A stretch of 64,000 bases of DNA from a plasmid, in the sequence record NZ_CP015284.1. One strand, written 5' to 3'. The notes below the pieces were generated by a model. It had not been told where the DNA came from and did not search any database. It saw nothing but the letters and a program-made list of their open reading frames with translations. Made by a program: the position numbers and the translations under genes. Below, in pieces: positions 38,416 to 49,124 of the stretch (the stretch's first letter is position 1; each line of letters opens with the position of its first letter).

Positions 38416-40812
38416 CTATTTTTTAGATGTTGCTTTATCAACTTCAAGGTTTACTTGATAAATTCCTTTTTCTTCGTTGAAAGAAAGATAAACGTAAGCA
38501 TCGAATGGGCCATATTTGCCTTCGATGTTCTTGATAAGGTTTGTTCGTCCTTTATCAGATAAAAGGTCACTGATTTGTTTCTTGGTGAGTGTTTTTTTCT
38601 TGTCTTTAATAAAACCTACAGTGATCCAGAAGTTAAAGCTACAAACAGGTGTTGCACCTGTTTCTCTTTCTTCTTTTGATAAGATATTATCTTCGCACTG
38701 AGCTACTTTTGATTTTCCTAAGACTTTGACGGCCTTTCCACATAAAGGACAGTTACCAAGCTTGCCATCAGCTTTTGCTACTGCTTGCTCGATAAAGTCT
38801 TGGAAAGGGACATAATCAGTTCTATCTACAGCTTTAATCAGATTTTCGATGAGGTTGTTGTGAGGATTCTCGATACCGAGATACCTATAGATGTTTTTTA
38901 GGAACTTTTCTTGTGTATTTGTCCCTTCAGCAATTTTACTGAGCGATTGCTCCCATATTGCTGTTGTTTCTGGTTGAGATAAGACACGTTCATCTTTAAG
39001 TGTCTCACAGATCAACCAACCAAGTTCAGATAAATAGATTTTTCCTTGCTTGACTATCACCCACTTATTAACGACGATTTCATCCAGTATTGCTCCTCTA
39101 GTTGCTGCAGTACCTAAACCTTTGATTTGTTTCATGATAGCGATAAGCTCTTCATCATCTAGGTCCCGGCCAGCAGTTCTCATTGCTCGAAGCCAGGTAC
39201 TATTCGTGTGGCGAGGCGGTTTTTTAACATGTCTTTCCACTGGCACTAGGTGAGAAGTGACAGTATCGTTGGTTTGGACTTTAATAAGCTCCCTCGCCTC
39301 ACTTTCTTCTATCACTCTATCAAGCAGGCTCGCACTATCTTGGAATAAAACTTGCCAACCAGGGTTTTTAGGGACTTGTCCTGCCGTTCTAAACCTTCCA
39401 GCTCCTACCTGAGTAATGATTGTCGTCTGTTCATACTGGTATTTCGGGAAAAACATAGTTAGTGTTCTTCTGATAACTGCTTTGTAGACAATCTTCAGTG
39501 CATCAGGAAGGGATTCTACTTCTTCTTCAGTGGGTATTAAGGTAGTTGGAACTACTGCTGAGTGGTTTGCAGCTTTCTTGTCATTTACAAAAAAGCCATC
39601 TGGACGCTCTGGGAATACCAAATCCTCTTCACTGAAACCAACTAATCGAGCTAACGCTGGTGCTTGTTGCTTTAAAGTCTCATAACGTTCCCTAGAAATA
39701 TAAAAAGACAAAGATCTTGGGTACGTGATTAGTTTTCTCACCTCATATAATTCTTGGCAAGGGCCTTCTAGAACTTCTTTTGCTGTCAATCCTAAGAGTT
39801 TCCCTAATTCTTCTTGTATCGAGTCAAGGCAATAAAGCCTTGGTGGTCGTTTTTCTTTTAGTTCAACTTCATGTTCAACGATAACACCTTTGTTACTATC
39901 TCCAATAATTTTTGGATTCTGAATAAGCTTTTCCCAATCTTCTCTAGTAGGACAGTCGCCTTCCCAAGGTTCACCCTTCTTGTCACCTTTAGAGTACGGA
40001 ATATCAAGAGGAACATAATTACCCTTGTAGATGCCATTAGGATGTTCAAAGGTGGCTTCTAATTCCCAATAAGTTGTTGGAACAAAATCTCGGATGGCTA
40101 ATTCTCTTAAATAGATCAAAAATAGAGCTACGGTTTTGATTCTACCAACTGCAATCTTACCGTCCTTACCAGACCTATCCAGTTTCAATCCTATCTTATC
40201 TTCTAATAGGAGACTTAAAGCACGGGAAGCATTCATTCCAAGAAGCCAGTCAGCAATAGCTCGCGTTTGGGCTTCAATCGCTTGTAAGACACGATAGTCT
40301 ATCTCACGTAGTTTTTTCACTCCTTCTTGAATCTTTGTTGGTGTTAATTCATCAACCCAAAGGGACTTGATCATTTTCTTTGGACCTTTCTGGTCTAAAA
40401 TACCAGTCATAAGGCTAATACTATAGGCAATATGACTACCTTCACGGTCTATATCAGTGGCCCAAACAATCATCCTAGATTTCTCAAAGAAATCCTTAAC
40501 CTTCTTGAACTGCCATTCCTTCTGTGTCATAACCTTATATTCAAATTTTTCAGGAATAATAGGTAAGGTGTCCAAACGCCACTCTTTCCAATCAGCTTTA
40601 TAGTCTTCTGGTTCTTTTAACTCTAGCATATGTCCTTGAGCCCAGATAATCGTGATCAATTCTCCATTGTGGTAAGCAGCATTTTTAAATTGAATATAAC
40701 CTTGTTTTTTATATTTTTCATCTAGTTGAGTTGCAGAAAGTGTATTATCTGCAGCAAGGGCCATATAGTAGGCTATTCCTTGGTCTCTTTTTTCTGCTAA
40801 ATATGTAATCAT
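38416..40812 (-). CDS. topB: DNA topoisomerase III (type IA), the conjugative-element type
   Basis: TOPRIM region (IIWAQGHMLELKEPEDY...WRLDTLPIIPEKF...IVWATDIDREGSHIA) and a C-terminal zinc ribbon (CPLCGK...CE). Confidence 0.85.
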   Translation of the reverse strand: MITYLAEKRDQGIAYYMALAADNTLSATQLDEKYKKQGYIQFKNAAYHNGELITIIWAQGHMLELKEPEDYKADWKEWRLDTLPIIPEKFEYKVMTQKEWQFKKVKDFFEKSRMIVWATDIDREGSHIAYSISLMTGILDQKGPKKMIKSLWVDELTPTKIQEGVKKLREIDYRVLQAIEAQTRAIADWLLGMNASRALSLLLEDKIGLKLDRSGKDGKIAVGRIKTVALFLIYLRELAIRDFVPTTYWELEATFEHPNGIYKGNYVPLDIPYSKGDKKGEPWEGDCPTREDWEKLIQNPKIIGDSNKGVIVEHEVELKEKRPPRLYCLDSIQEELGKLLGLTAKEVLEGPCQELYEVRKLITYPRSLSFYISRERYETLKQQAPALARLVGFSEEDLVFPERPDGFFVNDKKAANHSAVVPTTLIPTEEEVESLPDALKIVYKAVIRRTLTMFFPKYQYEQTTIITQVGAGRFRTAGQVPKNPGWQVLFQDSASLLDRVIEESEARELIKVQTNDTVTSHLVPVERHVKKPPRHTNSTWLRAMRTAGRDLDDEELIAIMKQIKGLGTAATRGAILDEIVVNKWVIVKQGKIYLSELGWLICETLKDERVLSQPETTAIWEQSLSKIAEGTNTQEKFLKNIYRYLGIENPHNNLIENLIKAVDRTDYVPFQDFIEQAVAKADGKLGNCPLCGKAVKVLGKSKVAQCEDNILSKEERETGATPVCSFNFWITVGFIKDKKKTLTKKQISDLLSDKGRTNLIKNIEGKYGPFDAYVYLSFNEEKGIYQVNLEVDKATSKK

Positions 40813-40912
40813 AAGCGAATTCTAACATAAAGAAATTCCCTTTTATAACCCAGTGACATGGGGTGATTTCGTGAAAAGACATTAAAAAAAGCCAAAGCTT
40901 AAGCTTCAGCTT

Positions 40913-41485
40913 TTATAGTCTCAAATCATCTGTTAACACGACACTGATAGGATCTTCAGTATATTTACGATATCTCTTCAGACATACTAGTGAAACAACT
41001 ACCGAAAGTAATATCAAAAAGACACCACAGACAACCATTGCAAAGACCTGTTCAGGACGAGTGCCATAGTTCTCAGTATAGTTCAATAGTGATGCACTAC
41101 TTTCCATTTTTTGGATAACATTGGGAACAAAGTTCCAGGAGACAATTGTAAAGACTGCTAAAAAGAGCAACATTCCAAACGCCCAACTTAGAACGTAACG
41201 TTGCTGACGAGTCATAAAGTCACGCTGGTTGTATTCTTCAACACATAGTCCCTTATATTGTCCATCCTTAGAAAAGAAACGTGGTTCTTCTCCATTTTTG
41301 ATACGTTGAATATCACTTAAAATTTCAGCACTTAAGTGTCTAGCCGGTAACTCTTGAGCTAATTTATTTTGTTCTTCAATATTTAGTCCAGAAACCTCAT
41401 CAGTATATTTTAAAAGATGTTCTTTAGTCTGACCGTCAAACAACCTAACTAATTTTCTTAAAAGACGCTTTGTTTCTTTTTCCAT
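40913..41485 (-). CDS. hypothetical membrane protein (2 TM helices at the C-terminal half)
   Basis: Hydrophobic segments read from the translation. Confidence 0.4.
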   Translation of the reverse strand: MEKETKRLLRKLVRLFDGQTKEHLLKYTDEVSGLNIEEQNKLAQELPARHLSAEILSDIQRIKNGEEPRFFSKDGQYKGLCVEEYNQRDFMTRQQRYVLSWAFGMLLFLAVFTIVSWNFVPNVIQKMESSASLLNYTENYGTRPEQVFAMVVCGVFLILLSVVVSLVCLKRYRKYTEDPISVVLTDDLRL

Positions 41486-41688
41486 GATCCCTCATCTCCA
41501 ATCGTTCTTTAATCATATTCTCTTATTATCACTAATTCTTTAATCCTTGTGCTATGGCACTATTATATCAAGGATTAAGAAGATATGCACTTACACAGGG
41601 ACAAAAATTCTATTTGAGTTAAATATATAAAGAAAAGCTCCATCTCATGATGAAGCTAAACAAGATATGTAAGACGCATTGACTACTT

Positions 41689-42279
41689 CTAGTCATGGCC
41701 ATGTTCAGCATGGTCAGCTTCAGCTACTCCATGAACTGATGTTACTTCTATTTGAGTTGTTCCCATAACGTAATTCCCACAGAAATAAAGTTTTGCTCCG
41801 TCTGGGTTAGCAACCTCAAGGACAAACTGACGAACATTGTCCGCTTTAGCTTTAAATACTTGCGTTTTAGCATCAGAGTACTTATAACCTAGCATAAATT
41901 TCGCTACAAGCTCATACTGCATCTTGGTTCCAGTAATCGTTAAGTGATTTTGATAATCTGGCTTAACATCGGTTACGTTCTGAACAGTCTCAACATAAGA
42001 ACACATTTCTTTCAGTGCATTCTTTACAGTTTGCGTATCAGCATCATCTGCAGGTGTTTGTGTTTCTAAGGTCGCAAGTGCCTCTTTACGCCATCTCTCA
42101 TACTTATCTTCTTTTGGAATGTCTTCCGAGGATGAATCTTCAATCACCTGTTCGGTGCTAGGCGGTGTTGCTTTTTTCTTAGGTTCATTCTTCTTCATTA
42201 ACGCAGAGACCAAAAACATGACTCCAAGAGCGAGGAAAATGACCACCAAAATAATAATGTATTTATAATCTTTTTTCAT
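41689..42279 (-). CDS. membrane-anchored extracellular protein with a His-rich C-terminus (196 aa)
   Basis: N-terminal TM/signal anchor and an AEADHAEHGHD tail. Confidence 0.4.
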   Translation of the reverse strand: MKKDYKYIIILVVIFLALGVMFLVSALMKKNEPKKKATPPSTEQVIEDSSSEDIPKEDKYERWRKEALATLETQTPADDADTQTVKNALKEMCSYVETVQNVTDVKPDYQNHLTITGTKMQYELVAKFMLGYKYSDAKTQVFKAKADNVRQFVLEVANPDGAKLYFCGNYVMGTTQIEVTSVHGVAEADHAEHGHD

Positions 42280-42450
42280 GGATTTAGTATAGCACCTTTC
42301 TATGTATTAAAAAAGAGACTTAGGGGGTGTCACATCCCCCAAGTTATATCTAGTCACTTGACAGTTGGTTAATAGAGTTAATACCCACTAAAATACAGTA
42401 GAAATATATGGTATAATGACACCGAGTCTATTTAGAAAGAATTAGTAGTA

Positions 42451-45231
42451 ATGAACACTAGAGAACAGAAAAAGCAAGCCAAGGCTTTTATTAAGCGTTG
42501 GGAAAACCGTGGTAGCGAAAGACAAGATAGCCAATCTTTCTGGCTAGACCTACTGCAATCTGTTTATGGGATTGAAAACCCAACAGAATATATTAGTTTT
42601 GAAAATAAAGTAGCGTTGGATCACACTAGCTTCATTGATGGTTTCATCGACAAAACAAAGGTTATGATTGAACAAAAAGGGGCAAACAAAGACCTCAATA
42701 AAGCTATTAGACAGTCTGATGGTACTTATCTTACACCTTTCCAACAAGCGAAACGTTATTCAGCTAACGTCCCCTACTCTAGACGTCCTAGATGGATTAT
42801 TACTTGTAATTTCAAAGAGTTCTATATCTATGATATGGAGCAGCCTAATGGCGAACCTAAAGTTGTTCAATTAGCAGACCTTGATAAAGAAGCCTATCGA
42901 CTAGAATTTCTCGTAGATAAGACCAACGAACACCTAGAACGTGAAATGAAAGTCTCAATGGAGGCTGGGGAAATCGTAGGCGAAATCTATGACGGATTGC
43001 TAAAACAATATGTCAATCCAGACAATCCAGATAGTCTACATGCGATTAACCAACTTGTCGTACGCCTTGTATTTTGTTTGTATGCAGAGGATGCTGGTAT
43101 CTTTGGACACAAAATGATGTTCCATGACTACCTAGCTCGTTTTGGAAGTCGTGACTTTCGTCGTGGGTTAATGGACCTTTTCTCTGTCCTTGACACACCA
43201 ATCGACACGCGCGACCCCTACCTTGATAGCGAACTAAACGCCTTCCCTTATGTAAACGGTGGGATGTTTGCAGAGAATAATCTAGAAATACCTAATTTCA
43301 CCGATGAACTCCGAGAGCTTATACTTGAACACGCTTCTTCTGGCTTTGACTGGTCAGAAATCAGTCCAACTATCTTTGGTGCAGTGTTTGAATCAACTCT
43401 TAACCCAGAAACACGTCGAAGTGGTGGGATGCATTATACTTCGATTGAAAACATCCATAAAGTTATTGATCCGTTATTCTTGGACGAGCTAAAAGAAGAG
43501 TTAAATGAAATACGTCAATTTAAGCAACCTAAAACGGTTGAACAAAAAGCAAAACAGTTTCAATCAAAACTAGCGAGTCTTCTTTTCTTCGACCCAGCTT
43601 GTGGTTCTGGAAATTTCTTAACTGAAACATACGTCTCTCTTAGACGCTTAGAAAATGAAGCTATTAAGCTATATATGGGTGATACCGTTGCTTTGGATCT
43701 CGGTCAAGATTTAGTCAAAGTAAAGCTGAAGCAATTCTATGGTATTGAGATTAATGACTTTGCAGTTTCTGTAGCCAAAACAGCTCTCTGGATTGCAGAA
43801 AGCCAAATGCTTGAAGAGACTAAAGATATTGTATTTGCAAATATCGACTTCCTTCCACTTAAGTCATATACCAATATCGTTGAAGGAAATGCTTTAGAGC
43901 TGGATTGGGAAAGTGTAGTTCCCAAAGAAAAGCTAAACTATATCATTGGGAATCCACCGTTTGTCGGAGCTAATGGTGTCAGTAAATCCCAGAAACAAGA
44001 ATTAATAAACTTGTTTGGCGAAAAGAGTAATGCAGGAATTTTAGATTACGTAGGAGGATGGTATGCTAAATCCGCAATATTAATTAACGATACAAATATT
44101 AGGTGTGCATTTGTATCAACTAATTCCATTTCTCAAGGTGAGCAAGTTTCTGTTTTATGGGACTTCCTATTAAAGAAAAATATTTCTATAGATTTTGCGT
44201 ATAAAACTTTTGTATGGAATAGTGAGGCAAAAGAGAAAGCAAAAGTCCACTGTATTATTATTGGATTTAGCTCAGTGAAACAGAGTAAGTTAATCCTTTT
44301 TGATAAGGACAACAAAGAAATTGTCGAAGCAATTAGTCCATATCTAATTGAAGGAAAAATGATCTATGTAAGGAGAAGAAACAAGCCTATATCCCAAAAG
44401 TTACAAATGTCTAGAGGTAATCAACCAACTGATGGCGGGAATTTAATAATTAAAGCTGAAGAGTATGATAGTTTTATCAAATCTGAACCAACAGCAAAAA
44501 AATATATAAAAAAATTAATCGGTTCTAGGGAGTTCATTAACAGTTTAGATAGATATTGTTTATGGCTTGTAGGAGTTTCCCCAAAAGAGTTACGTTCTAT
44601 GCCTAAAGTCTTAGAACGTGTAAATTTGGTTAAAGAAATGAGACTAAACAGTTCGGCTTTGGGGACTAGAAAATTAGCGGAGAGGTCTCATGAATTTAGA
44701 GAAACTAAAAATCCAAATACATATCTAATTATTCCAAGAGTTTCATCAGAGAGTAGACGGTACATTCCAATTGGTTTTTTAGACTCTGATACTATTCCTA
44801 CAGATTCAGTAACAATTATTGAAGATGCTTCTCTTTACGACTTCGGTATTTTAACTTCAAATGTACATATGGCATGGATGCGTACAGTTGCTGGACGCCT
44901 TAAATCAGATTATCGCTACTCTGCCAAAATCGTATACAATAACTTCCCTTGGCCTGAAGTAACAGATGCCCAAAAAGAGAAAATATCAAAAACTGCTCAA
45001 GCAATTCTTGATGCGCGTGCACTTTATCCAGACAGTTCATTAGCTGATCTCTATGATGAGCTAACCATGCCTAAAGAACTTCGTCGAGCCCACCAAGCTA
45101 ATGATAAAGCAGTTATGGAAGCATATGGATTAACCAAAATAGTCGATGGCAAAAAAACTTGGCTAACTGAGAGTGAGACAGTCGCAAGACTATTTGAGTT
45201 ATATGAGCAGATTACAAACAGCAAATCATAG
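42451..45231 (+). CDS. MmeI-family type IIL restriction-modification enzyme (fused PD-(D/E)xK nuclease, gamma-class N6-adenine methyltransferase and target-recognition domain)
   Basis: 926 aa. The N-terminus has D-x-FID...EQK (a PD-ExK-like motif). The middle has FFDPACGSGNFL (SAM motif I) and IIGNPPFVGA (NPPF motif IV). The size and domain order match MmeI-like enzymes. Confidence 0.75.
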   Translation: MNTREQKKQAKAFIKRWENRGSERQDSQSFWLDLLQSVYGIENPTEYISFENKVALDHTSFIDGFIDKTKVMIEQKGANKDLNKAIRQSDGTYLTPFQQAKRYSANVPYSRRPRWIITCNFKEFYIYDMEQPNGEPKVVQLADLDKEAYRLEFLVDKTNEHLEREMKVSMEAGEIVGEIYDGLLKQYVNPDNPDSLHAINQLVVRLVFCLYAEDAGIFGHKMMFHDYLARFGSRDFRRGLMDLFSVLDTPIDTRDPYLDSELNAFPYVNGGMFAENNLEIPNFTDELRELILEHASSGFDWSEISPTIFGAVFESTLNPETRRSGGMHYTSIENIHKVIDPLFLDELKEELNEIRQFKQPKTVEQKAKQFQSKLASLLFFDPACGSGNFLTETYVSLRRLENEAIKLYMGDTVALDLGQDLVKVKLKQFYGIEINDFAVSVAKTALWIAESQMLEETKDIVFANIDFLPLKSYTNIVEGNALELDWESVVPKEKLNYIIGNPPFVGANGVSKSQKQELINLFGEKSNAGILDYVGGWYAKSAILINDTNIRCAFVSTNSISQGEQVSVLWDFLLKKNISIDFAYKTFVWNSEAKEKAKVHCIIIGFSSVKQSKLILFDKDNKEIVEAISPYLIEGKMIYVRRRNKPISQKLQMSRGNQPTDGGNLIIKAEEYDSFIKSEPTAKKYIKKLIGSREFINSLDRYCLWLVGVSPKELRSMPKVLERVNLVKEMRLNSSALGTRKLAERSHEFRETKNPNTYLIIPRVSSESRRYIPIGFLDSDTIPTDSVTIIEDASLYDFGILTSNVHMAWMRTVAGRLKSDYRYSAKIVYNNFPWPEVTDAQKEKISKTAQAILDARALYPDSSLADLYDELTMPKELRRAHQANDKAVMEAYGLTKIVDGKKTWLTESETVARLFELYEQITNSKS

Positions 45232-45254
45232 AGTAAGAGACATCTCGTTATAAA

Positions 45255-45281
45255 ATAAAAAAGACTGCTAGTCTTTTTTAT
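45255..45281. terminator. bidirectional rho-independent terminator (A-run, AAGAC-TGCTA-GTCTT, T-run) between the convergent genes
   Basis: Read directly from the sequence. Confidence 0.7.
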
Positions 45282-45282
45282 T

Positions 45283-46065
45283 TTATATCTTTGACTCTCT
45301 GTACAAAATGGCAGCAAATGATTCTGTGACAATTTGTGGGAAATTTTTGTAAAATTCAAGATGCCCCAGGACAGCAAGGTCATAGGTTGTATGCTCATCA
45401 ATAACATCTTGAGCCATGCCTCTAAAAATACTGGTCTTTCTGATCCACTCCTCGCCTCTCTTGGTCTTCACAATTAATATATACCGTTTCCCCTTCTTGG
45501 TTTCTCGCTCTTCAACTGATAACCTTACCTTACCATAAAAAAGGAACATATTGTCTTCATCTGCTTTATCAAACCACCCATTCATAGATTTTCTTCGGAT
45601 TGCTCTTCGGTTAGGCTGATGGTTTCTTGCTCCTATATCTATTACGAATGGAGTCTGTTGTTCAGCATTTACTGCATTTTCATCGTCTCCTATATCCCTA
45701 GGCAACAAGCTATTTAACATTGCTTCAAGTCTATCACGTACTTGTTCATCTGTTAATGTTGCTACAAATTGCTTAACTGCCCTATTTGAAGCTAGGTCAT
45801 AATTATATGAACAACCTTCTTCATGGTTTGAAGTTGGAAGGGTTGACAAAAATGCCCTTCTTTCTGATGTTTTATGTGTAAAACGTAAATTTGCTATCTG
45901 ACATTCTGGACACAACATTTTATCTCGGTATTTTGAAATATCTCCCTTTTTCTGTTCATATTCTTTTTGAACTTCATATACACTATGGAGCTGTTGATCC
46001 TCAACATAAAAAAAATCTTCGTAACTATGATTTGGCATATCTAAGTTCCTCCTTATTGAAATCAA
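45283..46065 (-). CDS. hypothetical protein with a CxxC...C zinc-ribbon-like motif (260 aa), convergent partner of the MmeI-like gene
   Basis: ORF with CPECQ...C. No family recognised. Confidence 0.45.
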   Translation of the reverse strand: MISIRRNLDMPNHSYEDFFYVEDQQLHSVYEVQKEYEQKKGDISKYRDKMLCPECQIANLRFTHKTSERRAFLSTLPTSNHEEGCSYNYDLASNRAVKQFVATLTDEQVRDRLEAMLNSLLPRDIGDDENAVNAEQQTPFVIDIGARNHQPNRRAIRRKSMNGWFDKADEDNMFLFYGKVRLSVEERETKKGKRYILIVKTKRGEEWIRKTSIFRGMAQDVIDEHTTYDLAVLGHLEFYKNFPQIVTESFAAILYRESKI

Positions 46066-46229
46066 TTATGCACTTTTTCAAATTCTATTATAACTTTTCT
46101 CATAGAAATTAACAAAGAGACCTAGTTTTAGTAAAACTTTTTCTCGTGACCGAAATTTAAAAAATCAAGCAAATAAAAAGGAGTCAAAAGATGACTCCTT
46201 TTTTGTATTTACATAATTATGTTTATGTA

Positions 46230-47030
46230 TTATTTTGCCTTATTTTCACTAACAGTTAGGTCAATTAGGGGTAGATAGCTTGGAGAAAACCTACCATTGA
46301 TTCCAAATGGATGGAAGTTAAAATGAAGATGGTATAGCGTATCTTTCGTTTCAAACGTATGTTTGATATTCCCTGGAGCAGTTCCCTCTCTATAATAACG
46401 AGGAGAAATTACTTTCTCACATTCCATATTAGTAACCTCAACAATCGACCTATACTCCGGCTTAATAGCATTCTTATTGATTATTGTCATTTGAGCATTA
46501 GTGTCATAGCCTGTCAATTCAATATCATTAATAAGTGAATGTTCATTATATAAGCTGGTTTCAGTAGATTTCTTCAAACCAAGATAATCCACATCCATAA
46601 CATTCTTGAATAGATAACGTTTAAATAAGCTAGAACTTAGTTTCGTTCCCAAATAATAAAGGGCAAGACTAACTAACAATAGCTCAAAAATCAATGTCAT
46701 GCTTGCATCCGTAACCCGGATTGGTTTCATCAAAAGAATACATAAACCAAACATTTCCATTATACTTACAAGGGAGGTAAATACCCACCAGTCACTACCA
46801 CTCTTATATTTAAAAACAGCCCTTAGCGTAAAGAGACCGAGGTAAACTCCTTGAAAGATATAAAGGAAGACCGTTACTTGATTTATAGGCAGTGTATTAA
46901 TAAAAACATTAAGGAAAATCGTTACCATAATTATAACGAACCATAAGAAAGCTTTTCTCAAACACCAGTCTAGGCCTTGCACAGCCAATAATGACATGCT
47001 TTTCGGATTAATTTTTGATTGTTTACTCAT
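46230..47030 (-). CDS. polytopic membrane protein (266 aa), conjugation-associated by context
   Basis: Several hydrophobic helices. It lies immediately downstream of the hydrolase gene. Confidence 0.45.
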   Translation of the reverse strand: MSKQSKINPKSMSLLAVQGLDWCLRKAFLWFVIIMVTIFLNVFINTLPINQVTVFLYIFQGVYLGLFTLRAVFKYKSGSDWWVFTSLVSIMEMFGLCILLMKPIRVTDASMTLIFELLLVSLALYYLGTKLSSSLFKRYLFKNVMDVDYLGLKKSTETSLYNEHSLINDIELTGYDTNAQMTIINKNAIKPEYRSIVEVTNMECEKVISPRYYREGTAPGNIKHTFETKDTLYHLHFNFHPFGINGRFSPSYLPLIDLTVSENKAK

Positions 47031-47055
47031 TTATTCTCTTTTTCTCCTTTTTGAT

Positions 47056-49107
47056 TTATTCTTTAGATGGTGCTCCACCTTTTTGTGTCTTAGGATCAAT
47101 CACCATACCAACTTGTGGTTGGGTATCTCCTAAAATAATTGATGCTGGACTCAAGAAATCACCATACTGGAAGACTTTCGTTTTCCGACGTTCAAAGTGA
47201 ATGTGTGGTCCAGTAGCTGCACCTGTTTGTCCAACATATCCGATAAGTTGGCCTTTTTTGACCTTATCCCCTTTCTTAACAAGAGGAACATCACGCATAT
47301 GTCCATAATAAATAATAGTGCCATCTGGAAGAGTGTGCATCACGTGGTTACCGTCGATATTCATCGCCTCTTCATTGACCTCTACTACTTCACCGTCTGT
47401 TACGGCATAAATTGGAGAGCCTTCTGGTGCTGCAAGGTCCATTCCTGTGTGTCCTGAACCCGCATTTGGTCCACCTGCATTAGCTGCTGCACCGAAAAGT
47501 TGGGTAATGGTATAAGGAACATCGAGTGGCTGACCAGTATCAGTGCTGAGATTACTACTATCGCTGTCGCCACACGTATCTGCATCTACTTCCTCCTTGT
47601 CATCATCCTTATCCTTCTTGTCTTTCGGACGATAGACATAGACTTTTCCGTAGTCCATAGTAATACGGTCTCGATATTGGCCATAATTATTCTCAGCAAT
47701 CCCGTCGGTTGATGGAGAACATTGGATAATATTCTCCTTATCCTCAACTAGCATGGTCTGTCCTTTATCGCCAGAGCTACTACCTTTCGTACCCCAGATA
47801 ATGACATCTCCTTTTTCACGGTTTTGAACATCATCTTTAGATGACCAGGCACCCTCATACACCAATTCATAACCATTGTCTTTCAACCAGTCGTGTTCTG
47901 AATCGGTATCTACTGGAGATCCAGATTCTTTAGCACCACCGTCAACAAGGGCATAATAGAGAGCAGATGAATGGTCATAGCTATCTGGCCCAGTACGAGC
48001 ATCACGAGAATACTTGACCTTCCCTAGCTTATCCTTATACCACTTGATAGCTTTGTCAGTATCAATAGTCTTTTTATCCTTATCGCTGTCTTTTTTGCTA
48101 GCCTTGTTGCTAGAGTCACTTGATGAACTGCTTGAACTGCTATCATTATCATCGTCTTCGTTGTCGCTATCTTCTTCATCGTCGTCACCGTCATCATCAT
48201 CTGAACTTTGACTACTTGACGAGGAGTTATTGGAAGAAGCACCGCCACCACCAAACGCCTTTTGGAACTTGGCATCATCGTACTTATATTTACTTGCTTC
48301 GAAGACTTCCGCAAACTTCCTTGCATCCGCCTTCTTCTGGTCTGGTTTGACATAAGCCATATTACCTCGTTCGTAGGCATTCCATGACATAGCAGTTTCA
48401 TCGATATTGGTTTGTTTCGCAAACTCCTGGAATGACCAGTTATGGCCAGATTCGTCATAAGCTGGGTTCCAGTCACCTTTTGAGATGGCATCGATAACAA
48501 AGGCAACCATCTTATCAGCATCTTCCCAATCAGGACTATTAAGAGGTGCATATTTCGTGTAGGGGTCAAACTGGAAGATTCCACCACCACCAAGTGTGTT
48601 AGATGTCCCACCTGTCGTTGGAACAGCTCCCTTAGAAATGGAGTCATTGATACCACCACCATAATGCCCTTGGGCACGTCCAATGATGTCATAGCTCCCT
48701 TCAGAGTTTGCCCAACCAACAGCACCTGCAGCAGATTCCCCAGACAATCCAGCATTCACAAAAGCCATAAAGACTTTGTGGGCATTTTCATAGGCTTTTG
48801 TCCCCTTCGTAAAGGGATCAGAGTCGCCAGCAGATGCTGAGTCAGTTTTAGTAGAAGTCGATTGAGGCTTAGAGCCATCATCGTCTTCTTCATCATCGTC
48901 TTCTTCATCGCCATCTTTTTGGTAGGTTACACATTGGGCGTTAGTCTTGCTACCTTTCCCACCGGAAGTACTAATTGTCCCCATTAAACCAGTGATAATT
49001 GCAATTAAGATAACCGCAAAAGTTAAAATAGTTCCTATAATAATGGTTGTCTTCACTCCAAAAATCGTTAGAAGAACACGAGCAGCCTTATCACCTATTC
49101 GTTTCAA
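47056..49107 (-). CDS. conjugation cell-wall hydrolase (VirB1-like role): N-terminal TM, acidic low-complexity linkers, a central putative glycosidase-like domain and a C-terminal M23 peptidase domain
   Basis: M23/LytM motifs HTGMDLAA...GPHIHFE. The D/E/S-rich tracts are obvious. The central-domain assignment is inferred. Confidence 0.75.
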   Translation of the reverse strand: MKRIGDKAARVLLTIFGVKTTIIIGTILTFAVILIAIITGLMGTISTSGGKGSKTNAQCVTYQKDGDEEDDDEEDDDGSKPQSTSTKTDSASAGDSDPFTKGTKAYENAHKVFMAFVNAGLSGESAAGAVGWANSEGSYDIIGRAQGHYGGGINDSISKGAVPTTGGTSNTLGGGGIFQFDPYTKYAPLNSPDWEDADKMVAFVIDAISKGDWNPAYDESGHNWSFQEFAKQTNIDETAMSWNAYERGNMAYVKPDQKKADARKFAEVFEASKYKYDDAKFQKAFGGGGASSNNSSSSSQSSDDDDGDDDEEDSDNEDDDNDSSSSSSSSDSSNKASKKDSDKDKKTIDTDKAIKWYKDKLGKVKYSRDARTGPDSYDHSSALYYALVDGGAKESGSPVDTDSEHDWLKDNGYELVYEGAWSSKDDVQNREKGDVIIWGTKGSSSGDKGQTMLVEDKENIIQCSPSTDGIAENNYGQYRDRITMDYGKVYVYRPKDKKDKDDDKEEVDADTCGDSDSSNLSTDTGQPLDVPYTITQLFGAAANAGGPNAGSGHTGMDLAAPEGSPIYAVTDGEVVEVNEEAMNIDGNHVMHTLPDGTIIYYGHMRDVPLVKKGDKVKKGQLIGYVGQTGAATGPHIHFERRKTKVFQYGDFLSPASIILGDTQPQVGMVIDPKTQKGGAPSKE

Positions 49108-49124
49108 ATATCTTAGTCACCCCC

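Noticed and set aside
48024-48755. 243-aa minus-strand ORF in another frame of the hydrolase gene, and plus-strand ORFs at 48014..48350
   Set aside because: They overlap the well-supported M23 hydrolase ORF. They are translations of Asp/Glu/Ser low-complexity repeats.
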